This document shows positions 19,513 through 29,696 of a stretch of 64,000 nucleotides of DNA, piece by piece. A program made the position numbers and the translations under genes. This DNA comes from an uncultured Chthonomonadaceae bacterium. Lineage in GTDB: Bacteria > Armatimonadota > Chthonomonadetes > Chthonomonadales > Chthonomonadaceae. The stretch is from contig CAWFQB010000001.1 in the NCBI GenBank assembly GCA_963817895.1, forward strand, positions 480,001 through 544,000, given 5' to 3'. Within the stretch, counting starts at the first letter, position 1; each line of letters opens with the position of its first letter. A model generated the notes under the pieces. That model did not search any database and was not told the DNA's origin. It saw only the letters and a program-made list of their open reading frames with translations.

Positions 19513-20127
19513 TTAATGCGCTATGGCATTTCTGCCTGCAAAAGCGAAGCGGCTGACGCAGTAGCTAAATACCGCCAGTACGATGCCTCCTGCCACATCC
19601 ATTACATAATGCTGCTTAATGAACACCGTGGAAATGGCGATCAGGACGCCCCATGCAGCCAATGCCTTATCAGCTTTAACCTGACGATAGAGACAGATAG
19701 ATGCCAGGATGGAAAGCGTAACGTGCAGGCTGGGGAAATCATTATATGGGTTGTCTGCTTTATATATCCCTGCAACCAGGCGGGTAAGTGGACCGGACAC
19801 AATGATTTCGGGACGAATGACATAGGTTTGGAAGAAGCCATAGAAGACATAGGCCACGACCAGAGAGAGGATCGTGGCAAGGAGATACTGTTCCAATCGC
19901 TCGACTTTTCGCCTGTATGCCAGGAGGAGCGCAGCAATGACGAGAAAGAAATAGTATGACACGTAAGGCAGCACAAAGACGGGCATAAATGGAATGTGCC
20001 GATCTGCCGCAGTTTCCAACCAGTGCATGTGTTCGCGCTGTAAGTTTAATGGCAGATACAGGGCAAACAGCAAGAGAGCGGTCCCCCCGAGGGTAACGCT
20101 CAACGAATACGTGTGCGATTTGGTCAT
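19513..20127 (-). CDS. PAP2-superfamily membrane phosphatase/phosphotransferase
   Basis: DNPYNDFPSLH, STVFIKQHYVMD, TM helices. Confidence 0.85.
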   Translation of the reverse strand: MTKSHTYSLSVTLGGTALLLFALYLPLNLQREHMHWLETAADRHIPFMPVFVLPYVSYYFFLVIAALLLAYRRKVERLEQYLLATILSLVVAYVFYGFFQTYVIRPEIIVSGPLTRLVAGIYKADNPYNDFPSLHVTLSILASICLYRQVKADKALAAWGVLIAISTVFIKQHYVMDVAGGIVLAVFSYCVSRFAFAGRNAIAH

Positions 20128-20165
20128 TATGCGCTCTTTCTGCCAGGTGCAAAACTGCGGGCTGT

Positions 20166-22790
20166 CTAACCAGCCCGTGAATCAAGAGCGCTACCAAAGC
20201 TGTTGGCCTGCGCCTCATCAGCAGTCAGCGCTACCTCGTCGAAAAACCTCTGCGCGAGGGAAGCCGCATCGTTCAGGGACAGTCGCGCCCCATAGTTGCA
20301 AAAGGCCTCATGACTTTTGCCAAGACGCTGTTTGATCTCCGTCATTTCCCGGTCAAAGTCTTTTTGGATCGGCGGAAGCAGTTTCGCTCCCTGCTTTGCA
20401 TACTGCTTTTCTGAGGAACTCCAGAACTCGGTGGCTTGTCCATAGCGGCCTAGAGAGAACGCGATGCCGCCCGCCCCCATAATGCAGCCAACAATCCCAC
20501 GCGGGCTTTTCAATTTGCCTCCAAAGCATAATGAGAGACTCTTCTGGTAGTAGAGCGCGGCCTTTTGTACCTCTCCTGTCTGGCGTGTCACATGCGCCAG
20601 GCTATTCAGCGTAAGAGCCATCATGTTCGTGTCCTGACATTTTTGAAAGTTCGCCAGAGCAATTTCGAAAGCAGGAAGCGCGAACTCATTTCCCTGTACT
20701 TCCCACATCCAGGAGCCGCGACACATTTGCGCGAAGGCGATGGCCCAGCTGTCCTCAATCTCTTCGGCAATTTCTAATCCGCGCCGAACCCTCATCTCCG
20801 CGTCGGGATTTCCAATGAATGCTGAAGAGCATCCCACACCACTGTGCGCCAGAGCCATGTATTTGCGGTTTCCACAAAGCGTTGCTGCTGTTAATCCCTT
20901 CTCCGCGTGTTCGATGACCTCCTCGTAATTGGATTCCATGAAAGAAATAACCGCCATTGCCGTATAATACTTTAACTGTTTCGGCGCTGACATGCGCCCC
21001 TCAACTAATTTGAAGGGGTTGAGGCGTTTGCGCATTACTCGGAATGTTCCTTCGGCGTAGCGATAAATAATCGCGCTCAACTCGATATCGAAGGCGTTCA
21101 GTTGGTTGTTCTTTACGTCAAGCGCCACGAGCTTTTCGACATTCGTGGTTTCGTCGAGGGCGCGTTGCACCTTTGCTCCGTCTGCCGAACCGATGTGCGT
21201 GAAATCCTCTATTTCCAGCATTGGCAACAGACTCGCTTTGAAACGCTCTTTTATCTCATTCTTTTCGCCGCTAAGTTCCAGTTGACGTTCCGCGAACGCG
21301 AGGATGGGTTCGAGGAACCGATAGCGTTCCGTCTGCTCGTCATTGAGGATCAAAGAACTCATTGAGAGCGCGTTCAGAATATCGTAAATTCGATCCTCTT
21401 CCAGGTCCTGTAGAACGCAAACAGACTTGCACAATTCCAGCGTCCATCCCCCGGCAAAAAGGGACAACCGACGAAAAAGAACCTGTTCTTCAGAGCGCAG
21501 CATATTGTGGCTCCAGAGAATGCACTGCTGCATCGTATCATGTCGCTCTTCCGCCTCATCAATATCATCGGGAGCGGTTTTCCATTTGGCTTCCATGTTG
21601 TCAGCAAGTGTCTTTAGAGGGCTACGCATACACGCCGCCAACTCAATCGCCAATGGAATGCCGCAAAGCCGATTGCATAAATAGGCAACTGTTTCCAAAT
21701 TGTCTTCTGTAATCTGAAAACCGGGCATTTGCTGGCTTTTGGAGTATTGGAACAGGCGTAGCGAGGCGTTATCAAGGGCATTCTCCAGCAGAGGCAGGTT
21801 CTCCATGTCCAGAGTAGCAAATGGCAGTATTTCGAGCTGCTGTCCCCACTTGATTCCAGTGGCAATCCGTGTTGTGGCAAGCAGCTTCACGTCCTGACAT
21901 TCATTGAGTATACGGCTTATAAGGCGGGTAACTGGCTTGACCAAATGTTCGCAATTGTCCAGCAACAACAGCAGTTTCTGTGTTCGCAGATGGTTGAGGA
22001 GAACGTCGAGAGGTTCTGCGTCTGATTTCTCTCGCACTTTGAGAACCTTCAAAATCTCTTTTGAAATCGCCTCTGCCGTCGTCAGCGAAACGAGTTCAAT
22101 CAGCCAAACGCCGTCGGGAAAGTCATCGAGCATCTGGCGGGCTACATGCGTCATCAGGGTGGTTTTGCCACACCCGCCGGAACCGGTGAGAGTGACAAGA
22201 CACTTCTCCTCGAGAAAGGCGTGTATCTGTTCGATCTCCTCCTCGCGTCCGACGAAGAGGCCACGCTCGATTTTCAGATTGTGCTTGACGCCATCCAGGC
22301 GAAGGGCGGGCATAGGTGGACATTCGATGCCCAGCAACTTGAGGTAGACAGCCATAACAGAGTAGACCAGATTGGCTTCTTCCGCGCTTGCCTGATGATC
22401 GTTATGGGTGGCTTTATTTCGGAATGTCAACAGTTTGTTTACATCCATCCGTTGGACAGCGTCTACGTCAGCACCGATGGCCTTTGATAGTTCTTCGAAG
22501 AATTCGGCCTCACGAATCAGTCTGCTTAACTCTCCCATAGTAAAGTTGCGATAGGTTTTTGTTCCCTTTCCCAAACCTTGTTGTACTTTGAGAAAATTAA
22601 GATGTGCCTGCTCGCTAAGCTGGTGCAGATGCCGCTGGATGAGCATTTTCATGACTTGCTCGATAATAGCAGCGCATTCCTTGACAGCCACTGTGTAGCC
22701 GTGACTGCCGCGCCTGCAATTGTCGTGAATCAGGGCGATTTTCTCATCTATGGATTGCAGAGGGATTTCCGTGTTCGATTCTTCCATCAT
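20166..22790 (-). CDS. HEPN-like domain plus STAND (NB-ARC-like) ATPase plus TPR repeats
   Basis: N-terminal IEQVMK..TMGEL..FRNKATH (RxxxxH); Walker A GSGGCGKT, Walker B LLLLDNCE, GIPLAIELAA, RYRFLEPI winged helix, helical repeats; RBS AGGAG. Confidence 0.8.
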   Translation of the reverse strand: MMEESNTEIPLQSIDEKIALIHDNCRRGSHGYTVAVKECAAIIEQVMKMLIQRHLHQLSEQAHLNFLKVQQGLGKGTKTYRNFTMGELSRLIREAEFFEELSKAIGADVDAVQRMDVNKLLTFRNKATHNDHQASAEEANLVYSVMAVYLKLLGIECPPMPALRLDGVKHNLKIERGLFVGREEEIEQIHAFLEEKCLVTLTGSGGCGKTTLMTHVARQMLDDFPDGVWLIELVSLTTAEAISKEILKVLKVREKSDAEPLDVLLNHLRTQKLLLLLDNCEHLVKPVTRLISRILNECQDVKLLATTRIATGIKWGQQLEILPFATLDMENLPLLENALDNASLRLFQYSKSQQMPGFQITEDNLETVAYLCNRLCGIPLAIELAACMRSPLKTLADNMEAKWKTAPDDIDEAEERHDTMQQCILWSHNMLRSEEQVLFRRLSLFAGGWTLELCKSVCVLQDLEEDRIYDILNALSMSSLILNDEQTERYRFLEPILAFAERQLELSGEKNEIKERFKASLLPMLEIEDFTHIGSADGAKVQRALDETTNVEKLVALDVKNNQLNAFDIELSAIIYRYAEGTFRVMRKRLNPFKLVEGRMSAPKQLKYYTAMAVISFMESNYEEVIEHAEKGLTAATLCGNRKYMALAHSGVGCSSAFIGNPDAEMRVRRGLEIAEEIEDSWAIAFAQMCRGSWMWEVQGNEFALPAFEIALANFQKCQDTNMMALTLNSLAHVTRQTGEVQKAALYYQKSLSLCFGGKLKSPRGIVGCIMGAGGIAFSLGRYGQATEFWSSSEKQYAKQGAKLLPPIQKDFDREMTEIKQRLGKSHEAFCNYGARLSLNDAASLAQRFFDEVALTADEAQANSFGSALDSRAG

Positions 22791-22817
22791 GATGAACTCC
22801 TATTGCTGTCCGTCCGA

Positions 22818-24909
22818 TTAGTAGGGGCTTGCCAGACGCGCTGCGCGAAGAAGCGCCCGCGTTGTTTTCCCCTCCGCGCATCGGTCAATACAATTGAGAA
22901 GAGAAGGATACGCGACTTCATCAGACTTGAAGTAGCGGGCAAAATTCTGGACGTTTTTGCCTTCAATGAAGTCCTGATGCAGGTTGAGAAGATTGGAGAG
23001 GAAATTATAGATCGGTGAGGCAGTAGGATACCCATTCCGGCTCTGTTGCAGAGACTGCATGGCGGAATTTTTACCCCCGCTTGTCAGAAACTCCAACATT
23101 CCCCATTCACGGAAGATTAGTTCTGCGGGGTGGGTCAGGTTTACCAATCCTTGCTTGATGACAGGCTGATGGAGAAATTTTAAGAGCCGAAGCGCCGTTA
23201 CTTGCGCGCCTTCCGCTTCCGCCAGCAGCGCATCGGTCGTGGCGCGGGTGGCGGCATAGAGATGAAAATAGTCCAGAGGTTCCGTCTGTATCGGCTCACA
23301 CAGTTTCAGGGCTTCGCCATAGTTACCGGCCTTGATGTGCGCTCGCATCAGGTGATTGCGAACCCGGCCCCGGTCATCGGAACGCATCTTCTCCTGCTTA
23401 TAAAGCAGGTTCAGACGCTCGATGATGGCTTCAAGCGTAAGTTGCTCCGAGAAATTGAGCAGTTCCAAGCCATCTGTAAGGATTTGCCTGCCCAGGTAGC
23501 GAAGTTTCAGCCGCGATATGGAGGCGTGACTGGTGAAAGGCATTTTTTGCTGCGGGCGCTCCAATTACCGTTTCGTAGATCAGACTCCAGCAGGCTTCGT
23601 ATTGCTGAATGAGATCTCGATAACGCGCGTTTCGCTTGCCTAATTCCTCAATCTGCATGGCATTCTCTAACGTGACGAGATAAGTCATATCATATTGAAG
23701 AAGGAGCGGAAAGTTCTCCGGCGTAATGTCGAGACGCCTGCGCGCGTCTTCCTGCCGCCCCACCAACTTTTCGGAATCCGGCGCGTTGCCAAGATGGTTT
23801 GAAATGGAAAGTTGGTACGTGCGGAAACGAAATAGCGCTGGCAGACAACTGCCTGCCTTCTTTTCAGGATCGTTGACATAGCGTGAAAATGCTTTCTCGA
23901 AACGCGCCAGTTGCGGGTAGATTTCGGCATAGTTGCGTGAAAAGCGGTACTCCTGCCAGACATGCTCGATGATGCTGTCGGTAATGGCTCGTAGCGAGTC
24001 CCCTGAACGCTGCACAGCGCGTTCCAGACACATGGGAAGGCCGTCCTGTTCCGGCGCTTCCACCGCCATCCATGCTCGCAAAGCGCCTGCAAAGTCTCCA
24101 TCACGCTCAAGGATGCGTGCCTTGCGTTCCCTGTAGGAGCCGAACGCGAAGAACTGTGTCAATTTTCCACTCTGCGTCAGTTCTTGCACAAGCGCTTTCG
24201 TTTCAGGCTTCTTCGCATTGGCTACGGTGTTCGCTACAAAGTCTGCCATCTGACATCCGCGATGCCTGTCGGCAACCTCATGCACAATTTCAAGTCTGTT
24301 CTTTTCTAATAAACCGGCCAGGCCACGGGAGGCCAATCCCATCGTAACGCTCTGGTGAATCTGATCCATGGAATAGTCAATATCGTTCCTATCATTCATT
24401 TTCATTCGCTTCGAGACATAGATGGTAAGGCTGTCCGGCTTCTGATCCATGCTGAGACTCGCATCCACTTGCGCGACGAGTTCAGGGAGCATCATCAGAT
24501 AGTTGCCATCCTGATGCCCCTGCGCCCTCACTCTTCGAACATTGTTGACCGTGAAGAAACGAACTTCAAAAGAGAGATTTGTCACCCTGTCTAGCACCTC
24601 TCTAGCGAGACTGACCGTATGTTCGTATCCCATAGCGCCTTCCTCTGCAACTAAGAATTCGCGCAACTCCGTCAGGTGAAAGAAGTTCTTGAAGTTTGGA
24701 AACTCCGTTTGGAACTGCAACCTGAGTGGATCGGTCGCAGCAACGAGCGCGGGGGGAACAACGGATGCAGAAGCCGCACACAAGATGCCGGACAGAATCC
24801 AGGGAGTGTGTGAGGAATTGTAGTCGGGAGCCGTCTTGCCAAAGTCGCCGGACTCGTCAATGTAGAGGGTATAGTCGTTAGGCATGACTCGTCTTCTTTC
24901 GGAGGCCAT
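22818..24909 (-). CDS. DUF3800-like RNase H-fold domain plus long helical/TPR-like region; likely one gene split by a frameshift (ORFs 23431-24909 and 22818-23564)
   Basis: YTLYIDESGD, FFHLTE, CQMADFVAN; the two ORFs overlap in different frames and the second lacks a convincing start. Confidence 0.7.
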
Positions 24910-25456
24910 GTCCTGAATACTAACGGCGCGGCTCCTGCAAGGTATTCAGTACATGTTTTTTGTTGTTTGTAGAGGGTTTAAGTATGCAGAGCCAAATTTG
25001 CTTCTTGAGCTACAATTCGCGCTCCAGTGTTATTTTTCCTGCTATGTCTCATATAGAATTAAAAATAAGTTCGCGTGTAAAATAACTTTGGTTATCACGT
25101 ATCAACCACTTGATATGTTGGTTGCAAAAGACATTGACATGCCGTTTAGTAATCCGGTGTTCTTGTGGAATACCCTGTGTAGTAGGTGTGACGGCAGGAT
25201 AAAAACCGGCTCAGGTTGCGCGTTGAGTTGGATATATTCGCCGCTTGCAAACGTAAGTTTCAGCATGGGTACGCAATGGGCGAGGCGTGTAAGAAGTCGA
25301 AGTCACATAAGGGGAAGAAAACGCTGTGAACAGAAAGGTTGCAAGACGATTGGGAGGAACGCGCAAGCCGGATTTACGCCTGCTTTCCGGCGCGTTGTTG
25401 GGAGGATTGCTGATGCAAAGCCTGTCCGGGGCGCAGGGGGCGGTAACAGTAAAACC

Positions 25457-26293
25457 ATGACGTACAACGGCTGGAAGAACGCGACGCAGATCGCCAACGG
25501 CACGGTTGAGGTGGTTGTCGTGCCGCAAATCGGGCGCATCATGCGCTACGGCTTTACAGGCAACGCCAATGTGCTGTGGAACAATACAACCTTGAACGGC
25601 AAAGTCACTGACCTGAACGCGCCGGGTAAGGATTGGATCAATTACGGCGGCGACAAACTCTGGCCTGCGCCGCAGGAGCGCTGGGGCTGGCCGCCGGACC
25701 GAACTCTGGACAGCGCGCCCCACACCCTCAAAGTGTTGCCCAACCATCATCTGCTGATGACCGGGCCGGTTTGCAAGGCGTCTGGGCGTTCAGTTCCGGC
25801 GTGAAATCGCGCTGGATGAAACAGGCAGCGGCGTCACCATCACCAATACGCTTGTCAATGTGGGAACCGAAGACGTAGACTGGTCTATCTGGCAGGTGGC
25901 GCAGATTGACAACCCGACGGAAGCCCGTCTGATGCGCAATCCACAGGGCCGCTTCCCAAACAGTTTTTTCGCCTTCAGCGGCATGGATGTGGATACCGAG
26001 TCTCTGACGCAGACCGACACGCAGGTTATATTGAAACGCCATCCCACAAAAGCGTCAAGATCGGCGTGGACTCTCCCACCGGGCAATTGCAAGCCGTAAC
26101 TGCGGGCGGCGCGTTCACGTTTACCGCCCCTTACGAAAAAGGCGCGACCTATCCCGATTCCGGCTGCGCCCAGCAAATTTACACCAATCCCGACCCGAAC
26201 AAATACGTCGAACTGGAACTGCTCGGCCCCATGCAGCCGCTCAAACCCAACGCGACGCGCGCCTTCGTCACCCATTGGAACCTGACAAAGTAG
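25457..26293 (+). CDS. DUF4380-like (mutarotase-fold) protein; frameshifts near 25785 and 26050
   Basis: EVVVVPQIGRIM, NYGGDKLWPAPQERWGWPPD, YVELELLGP across three consecutive frames; start uncertain. Confidence 0.65.
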
Positions 26294-26301
26294 GTCGTAA
26301 A

Positions 26302-26460
26302 AGAGTTCACCACAGAGACACAGAGACACAGAGGATTCACAGAGAGAAAACAAGAGAGATGATGAGGAACTGTTACGTCTTTCGCGTTTTCCTCTATCCT
26401 CATTTCCTATTCTTTATCTCTGTGAAGCCTCTGTGTCTCTGTGTCTCTGTGGTGAACTCT
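26302..26460. repeat. Inverted repeat element with (CACAGAGA)n arms
   Basis: ~44-bp near-perfect arms AGAGTTCACCACAGAGACACAGAGACACAGAGG.TTCACAGAGA between convergent genes. Confidence 0.88.
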
Positions 26461-26466
26461 GTTCTG

Positions 26467-27615
26467 CTACATCTTCGGGGGCTGGAACGCGGCGACTTCC
26501 TCTATGGTGGTGGGCGGGACAACCTGCCCGTCTACCACCATTTTGGTCATTTTTTCCAGTTTAGCTCTCACATCGGCAGATATGTCCTGTTTGGTGTGCT
26601 TCATTTCGGACAGGCCGATGCCGCCCTCTTTCAGGTCATAGATATGCTTGCCCGGCGTGAACTGCCCCGCCTGCACCTTTTTCACCGTGTCGAACACGGC
26701 GGTATCTACGTGCTTGACCATGCTGGTCAGGACGCGACCGGGCGCTTCGCCGTCCTGATCCTGATCCACGCCAATCGCATAAAAGCCGGTTCCCTTTTCG
26801 CGCGCGGCCTGTATCACGCCCAACCCGGCCTTGCCCGCCGCCTGAAACACCACATCCGCGCCCGCGCCGAACTCCTGCAACGCCTGACTTTTGCCCTTGC
26901 TCTGGTCGTTCCAGTCGCCGGTATACGCCACTTTTACCTGCGTGTCGGGGTCCAGTCCCGCCGCTTTCGCGCCCGCCATGTAGCCGGCCTGAAACTTCTT
27001 AATGAGCGGGATCTCTTCGCCGCCCACAAAGCCGATGGTATGCGATTTGCTGACAAGCGCGGCGACATAGCCCGCCAGAAACGTGCCCTGCTCCTCCTTG
27101 AACTGAAGGGCGGTACAGTTTTGCGAACCTTCCGGCGCGTTGCCGTCCACAATCGCAAACTTGACATCGGGGAACTGCGCCGACACCTCTTTCAGCGCGT
27201 CCTCCATTTTGTAGCCAACCGCGAACACGACATCGTAGCCCTGACTGGCGAACGCGCTGAGTTTCTGCTTGTACTCGGATGGGTCTTTGGATTCGACGTA
27301 GCGCACGTCGTCCTTGCCCATTCCCAACTCCGTCTGCGCCTTTTGCAGCCCCGCCCACGCCGCCGCATTAAACGATTTATCGTCCACGCCGCCCGTATCC
27401 AGAACAAGCGCGGCCCGTACTGCTTTGCCGCCCTTCGTCGGGGTTGCAGGCGTTGCCGCGCCGGGCGTTACGGTTGGCTGGGAGGCTTTCCCACTGCCTG
27501 TATTCTCCTCACTCCCGCCGCCGTTGTTGCAGCCCATCAGCCCGACAACTGCTAACCCGCCCATTGCCAGCCATTGCAGCGTCCTGCGCCGCGTCCATTC
27601 CGTACCTGTTCGCAT
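26467..27615 (-). CDS. BMP/PnrA-family substrate-binding lipoprotein
   Basis: GGVDDKSFNAAAWAGL, FKEEQGTFLAG, GADVVFQAAG, IGVDQDQ; TRRR signal and LMGC lipobox. Confidence 0.93.
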   Translation of the reverse strand: MRTGTEWTRRRTLQWLAMGGLAVVGLMGCNNGGGSEENTGSGKASQPTVTPGAATPATPTKGGKAVRAALVLDTGGVDDKSFNAAAWAGLQKAQTELGMGKDDVRYVESKDPSEYKQKLSAFASQGYDVVFAVGYKMEDALKEVSAQFPDVKFAIVDGNAPEGSQNCTALQFKEEQGTFLAGYVAALVSKSHTIGFVGGEEIPLIKKFQAGYMAGAKAAGLDPDTQVKVAYTGDWNDQSKGKSQALQEFGAGADVVFQAAGKAGLGVIQAAREKGTGFYAIGVDQDQDGEAPGRVLTSMVKHVDTAVFDTVKKVQAGQFTPGKHIYDLKEGGIGLSEMKHTKQDISADVRAKLEKMTKMVVDGQVVPPTTIEEVAAFQPPKM

Positions 27616-27634
27616 CCCGTCCCCCTTTTGAGAA

Positions 27635-27786
27635 AGAAAAGGAGAAAAGGAGAAGAGGAGAAAAGGAGAATCTGATACACGGATAACACGGATATTACGA
27701 ACAAGCAGGCAAATTTGCCTGGTTTATAATCCTGCTACGCCTGTCTAATTCTCCTCTTCTCCTTTTCTCCTTTTCTCCTTTTCTTC
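27635..27786. repeat. Inverted pair of (GGAGAA[AG]A)n octamer repeats
   Basis: gaaaaggagaaaaggagaagaggagaaaaggagaa ... ttctcctcttctccttttctccttttctccttttc. Confidence 0.8.
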
Positions 27787-27790
27787 CTAT

Positions 27791-29530
27791 CTATTTCTTC
27801 ATCTTGTGCAGGGCTTCGCCGCGCACATCGAGCGCGGCTTCGCCGACGGCTTCGGAAAGCGTCGGGTGCGCGTGGATGGCGGTCATCATTTCGTCAATGG
27901 TGGCTTCCATTTTAATGGCAATAACGGCCTCGTGGATCATTTCCGTGGCGTAGGGGCCGACGATGTGGACGCCGAGCAGTTCGCCGTACTTGCTTTCCGT
28001 AATTACTTTGACCATGCCTTCGGTTTCGCCTAATGCCATCGCGCGTCCGAGCGGGCGGAAGGGAAAGCGTCCCGTCTGCACATCGTAGCCCTGAGCGCGG
28101 GCCTCTTCTTCGGACAGGCCGACGGATGCCACTTCAGGACTGGTATAAATGGGCGCGGGAATGGCCCGGTAGTCCATCTTCACGCAATGCCCCATCGCGT
28201 TTTCGGCTGCCACAATGCCCATGTGCGACGCGAGGTGCGCGAGCAGAAATTTGCCGGTCACGTCGCCAATGGCGTAGATGTTGGGCGCGGTGGTCTGCAG
28301 GTACTCGTTGACGACCACGCCGCGCCGGGAGAGCGGGCCGTCTTTTACAACTTCCACGCCCGCGTTTTCCAGTCCCACGCCCTCAAAAAACGGCTTGCGC
28401 CCCGCGCCGACGAGAACCACATCCACTTCCAGCGTCTGCGTTTTGCCGTCCGCGCTCTCAATCGTGACGATCTTGCCGCCCGCTTCGTGCGCGACACTGG
28501 TGACTTTATGCCCGGTCAGGATGTTGATGCCCTGTTTTTTCAGGGATTTGCGGAGTTCTGCGGCGATTTCGCGATCCCCGGTGGGCAGGATTTCCGGCGC
28601 GATTTCCACCACTGTCACTTCCGCGCCTAATCCCCGGAACGTGAAGCCGAATTCCAGGCCGACCGCGCCCGCGCCCATAATCAACATGCGTTTCGGGCAG
28701 TCTACCGCAGACACGGCTTCATCAGAAGTCCAGATGCCGTTGCTGCTTTGCCCGCGCGGGTCTTCAGCCTTACGCTCGAGGCCGGGAATGGGCGGCAGGA
28801 TGGGAACCGACCCCGTCGCGAGTACGACATTCTGCGTCGTGATGCGCTCGGTTTTGCCGTCTTCCGTCGTCACTTCAATCGTATTGGCGTCAATCAGTTT
28901 GCCCGTGCCGACAATGCTGCGAACGTGGTTGCTTTTGAGTAAACCCTTTACGCCGCCGCGCAATGTCGTCACCACTTTGGTTTTACGGGTCATCATTTTG
29001 GCGAAGTCGAAACTTATTTCGCCGTTGATAACCACGCCAAAATCGGCGGCATGCTGCGCGTGGTGCAGGCGCTCCACGCTGGCGATCATGGTTTTGGTGG
29101 GGATACAGCCCCAGTTCAGGCAGGTTCCGCCCCATTCCGTTTCCGCTTTTTCGATGCACACGGTACGCGCGCCCAATTGCGCGGCGCGAATGGCGGACAC
29201 GTACCCGCCCGGCCCCGACCCGATCACAACAACATCGGCGTCAAACTCTCCCACTGCGGCCATTTCAGGTTGCTCCTTCGGCTGCGCGGCAAACAATCGC
29301 CCCACAACCGCGTCAATTTCGGTATTGGTAAGCGGCTCACTCATCTCGGTTTTCGTCACATCAATCGCGCCCACGCGAACAGGAGCAGGCGGCGGTTCGG
29401 CAATCACGGCGGAAGGGGGTTGGGCATCAGGCAAGGATGAAGGATGAAGGATGAAGGATGAATCCTCACTGTTCCCTCTTCCCTCTTCCCTGTTCCCTTC
29501 TTTACCTTGTTCCTTGTTTGCTTCGCTCAC
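27791..29530 (-). CDS. lpdA: Dihydrolipoamide dehydrogenase with N-terminal extension
   Basis: GSGPGGY, GGTCLNWGCIPTK, GAGAVGLE, HAHPTLSE; AGGAG precedes GTG 29530. Confidence 0.93.
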   Translation of the reverse strand: MSEANKEQGKEGNREEGRGNSEDSSFILHPSSLPDAQPPSAVIAEPPPAPVRVGAIDVTKTEMSEPLTNTEIDAVVGRLFAAQPKEQPEMAAVGEFDADVVVIGSGPGGYVSAIRAAQLGARTVCIEKAETEWGGTCLNWGCIPTKTMIASVERLHHAQHAADFGVVINGEISFDFAKMMTRKTKVVTTLRGGVKGLLKSNHVRSIVGTGKLIDANTIEVTTEDGKTERITTQNVVLATGSVPILPPIPGLERKAEDPRGQSSNGIWTSDEAVSAVDCPKRMLIMGAGAVGLEFGFTFRGLGAEVTVVEIAPEILPTGDREIAAELRKSLKKQGINILTGHKVTSVAHEAGGKIVTIESADGKTQTLEVDVVLVGAGRKPFFEGVGLENAGVEVVKDGPLSRRGVVVNEYLQTTAPNIYAIGDVTGKFLLAHLASHMGIVAAENAMGHCVKMDYRAIPAPIYTSPEVASVGLSEEEARAQGYDVQTGRFPFRPLGRAMALGETEGMVKVITESKYGELLGVHIVGPYATEMIHEAVIAIKMEATIDEMMTAIHAHPTLSEAVGEAALDVRGEALHKMKK

Positions 29531-29696
29531 GCAATGGCTCCTGTGTTCCGGTTGAAGATGAGTGGATTACGCCGCGCTTGTATCTATCTTTACGAATTGC
29601 AGACGGCACAAAGCGGCAAACGCGCCAATTATGGACGTTCGCAAACGGGGAAGTATAGCATATCGCGCAACCCGGCGTCAACGCGCAACGAACGCG

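Noticed and set aside
24953..25400. Long upstream extension of the DUF4380-like ORF
   Set aside because: AT-rich and not protein-like; probably intergenic read-through
26275..29447. Long antisense ORFs (e.g. 26275-27555 and 28278-29447; also 2689-3909, 13518-14756, 17241-18446, 35477-36676)
   Set aside because: Shadows of well-supported genes in GC-rich DNA, with no recognisable motifs
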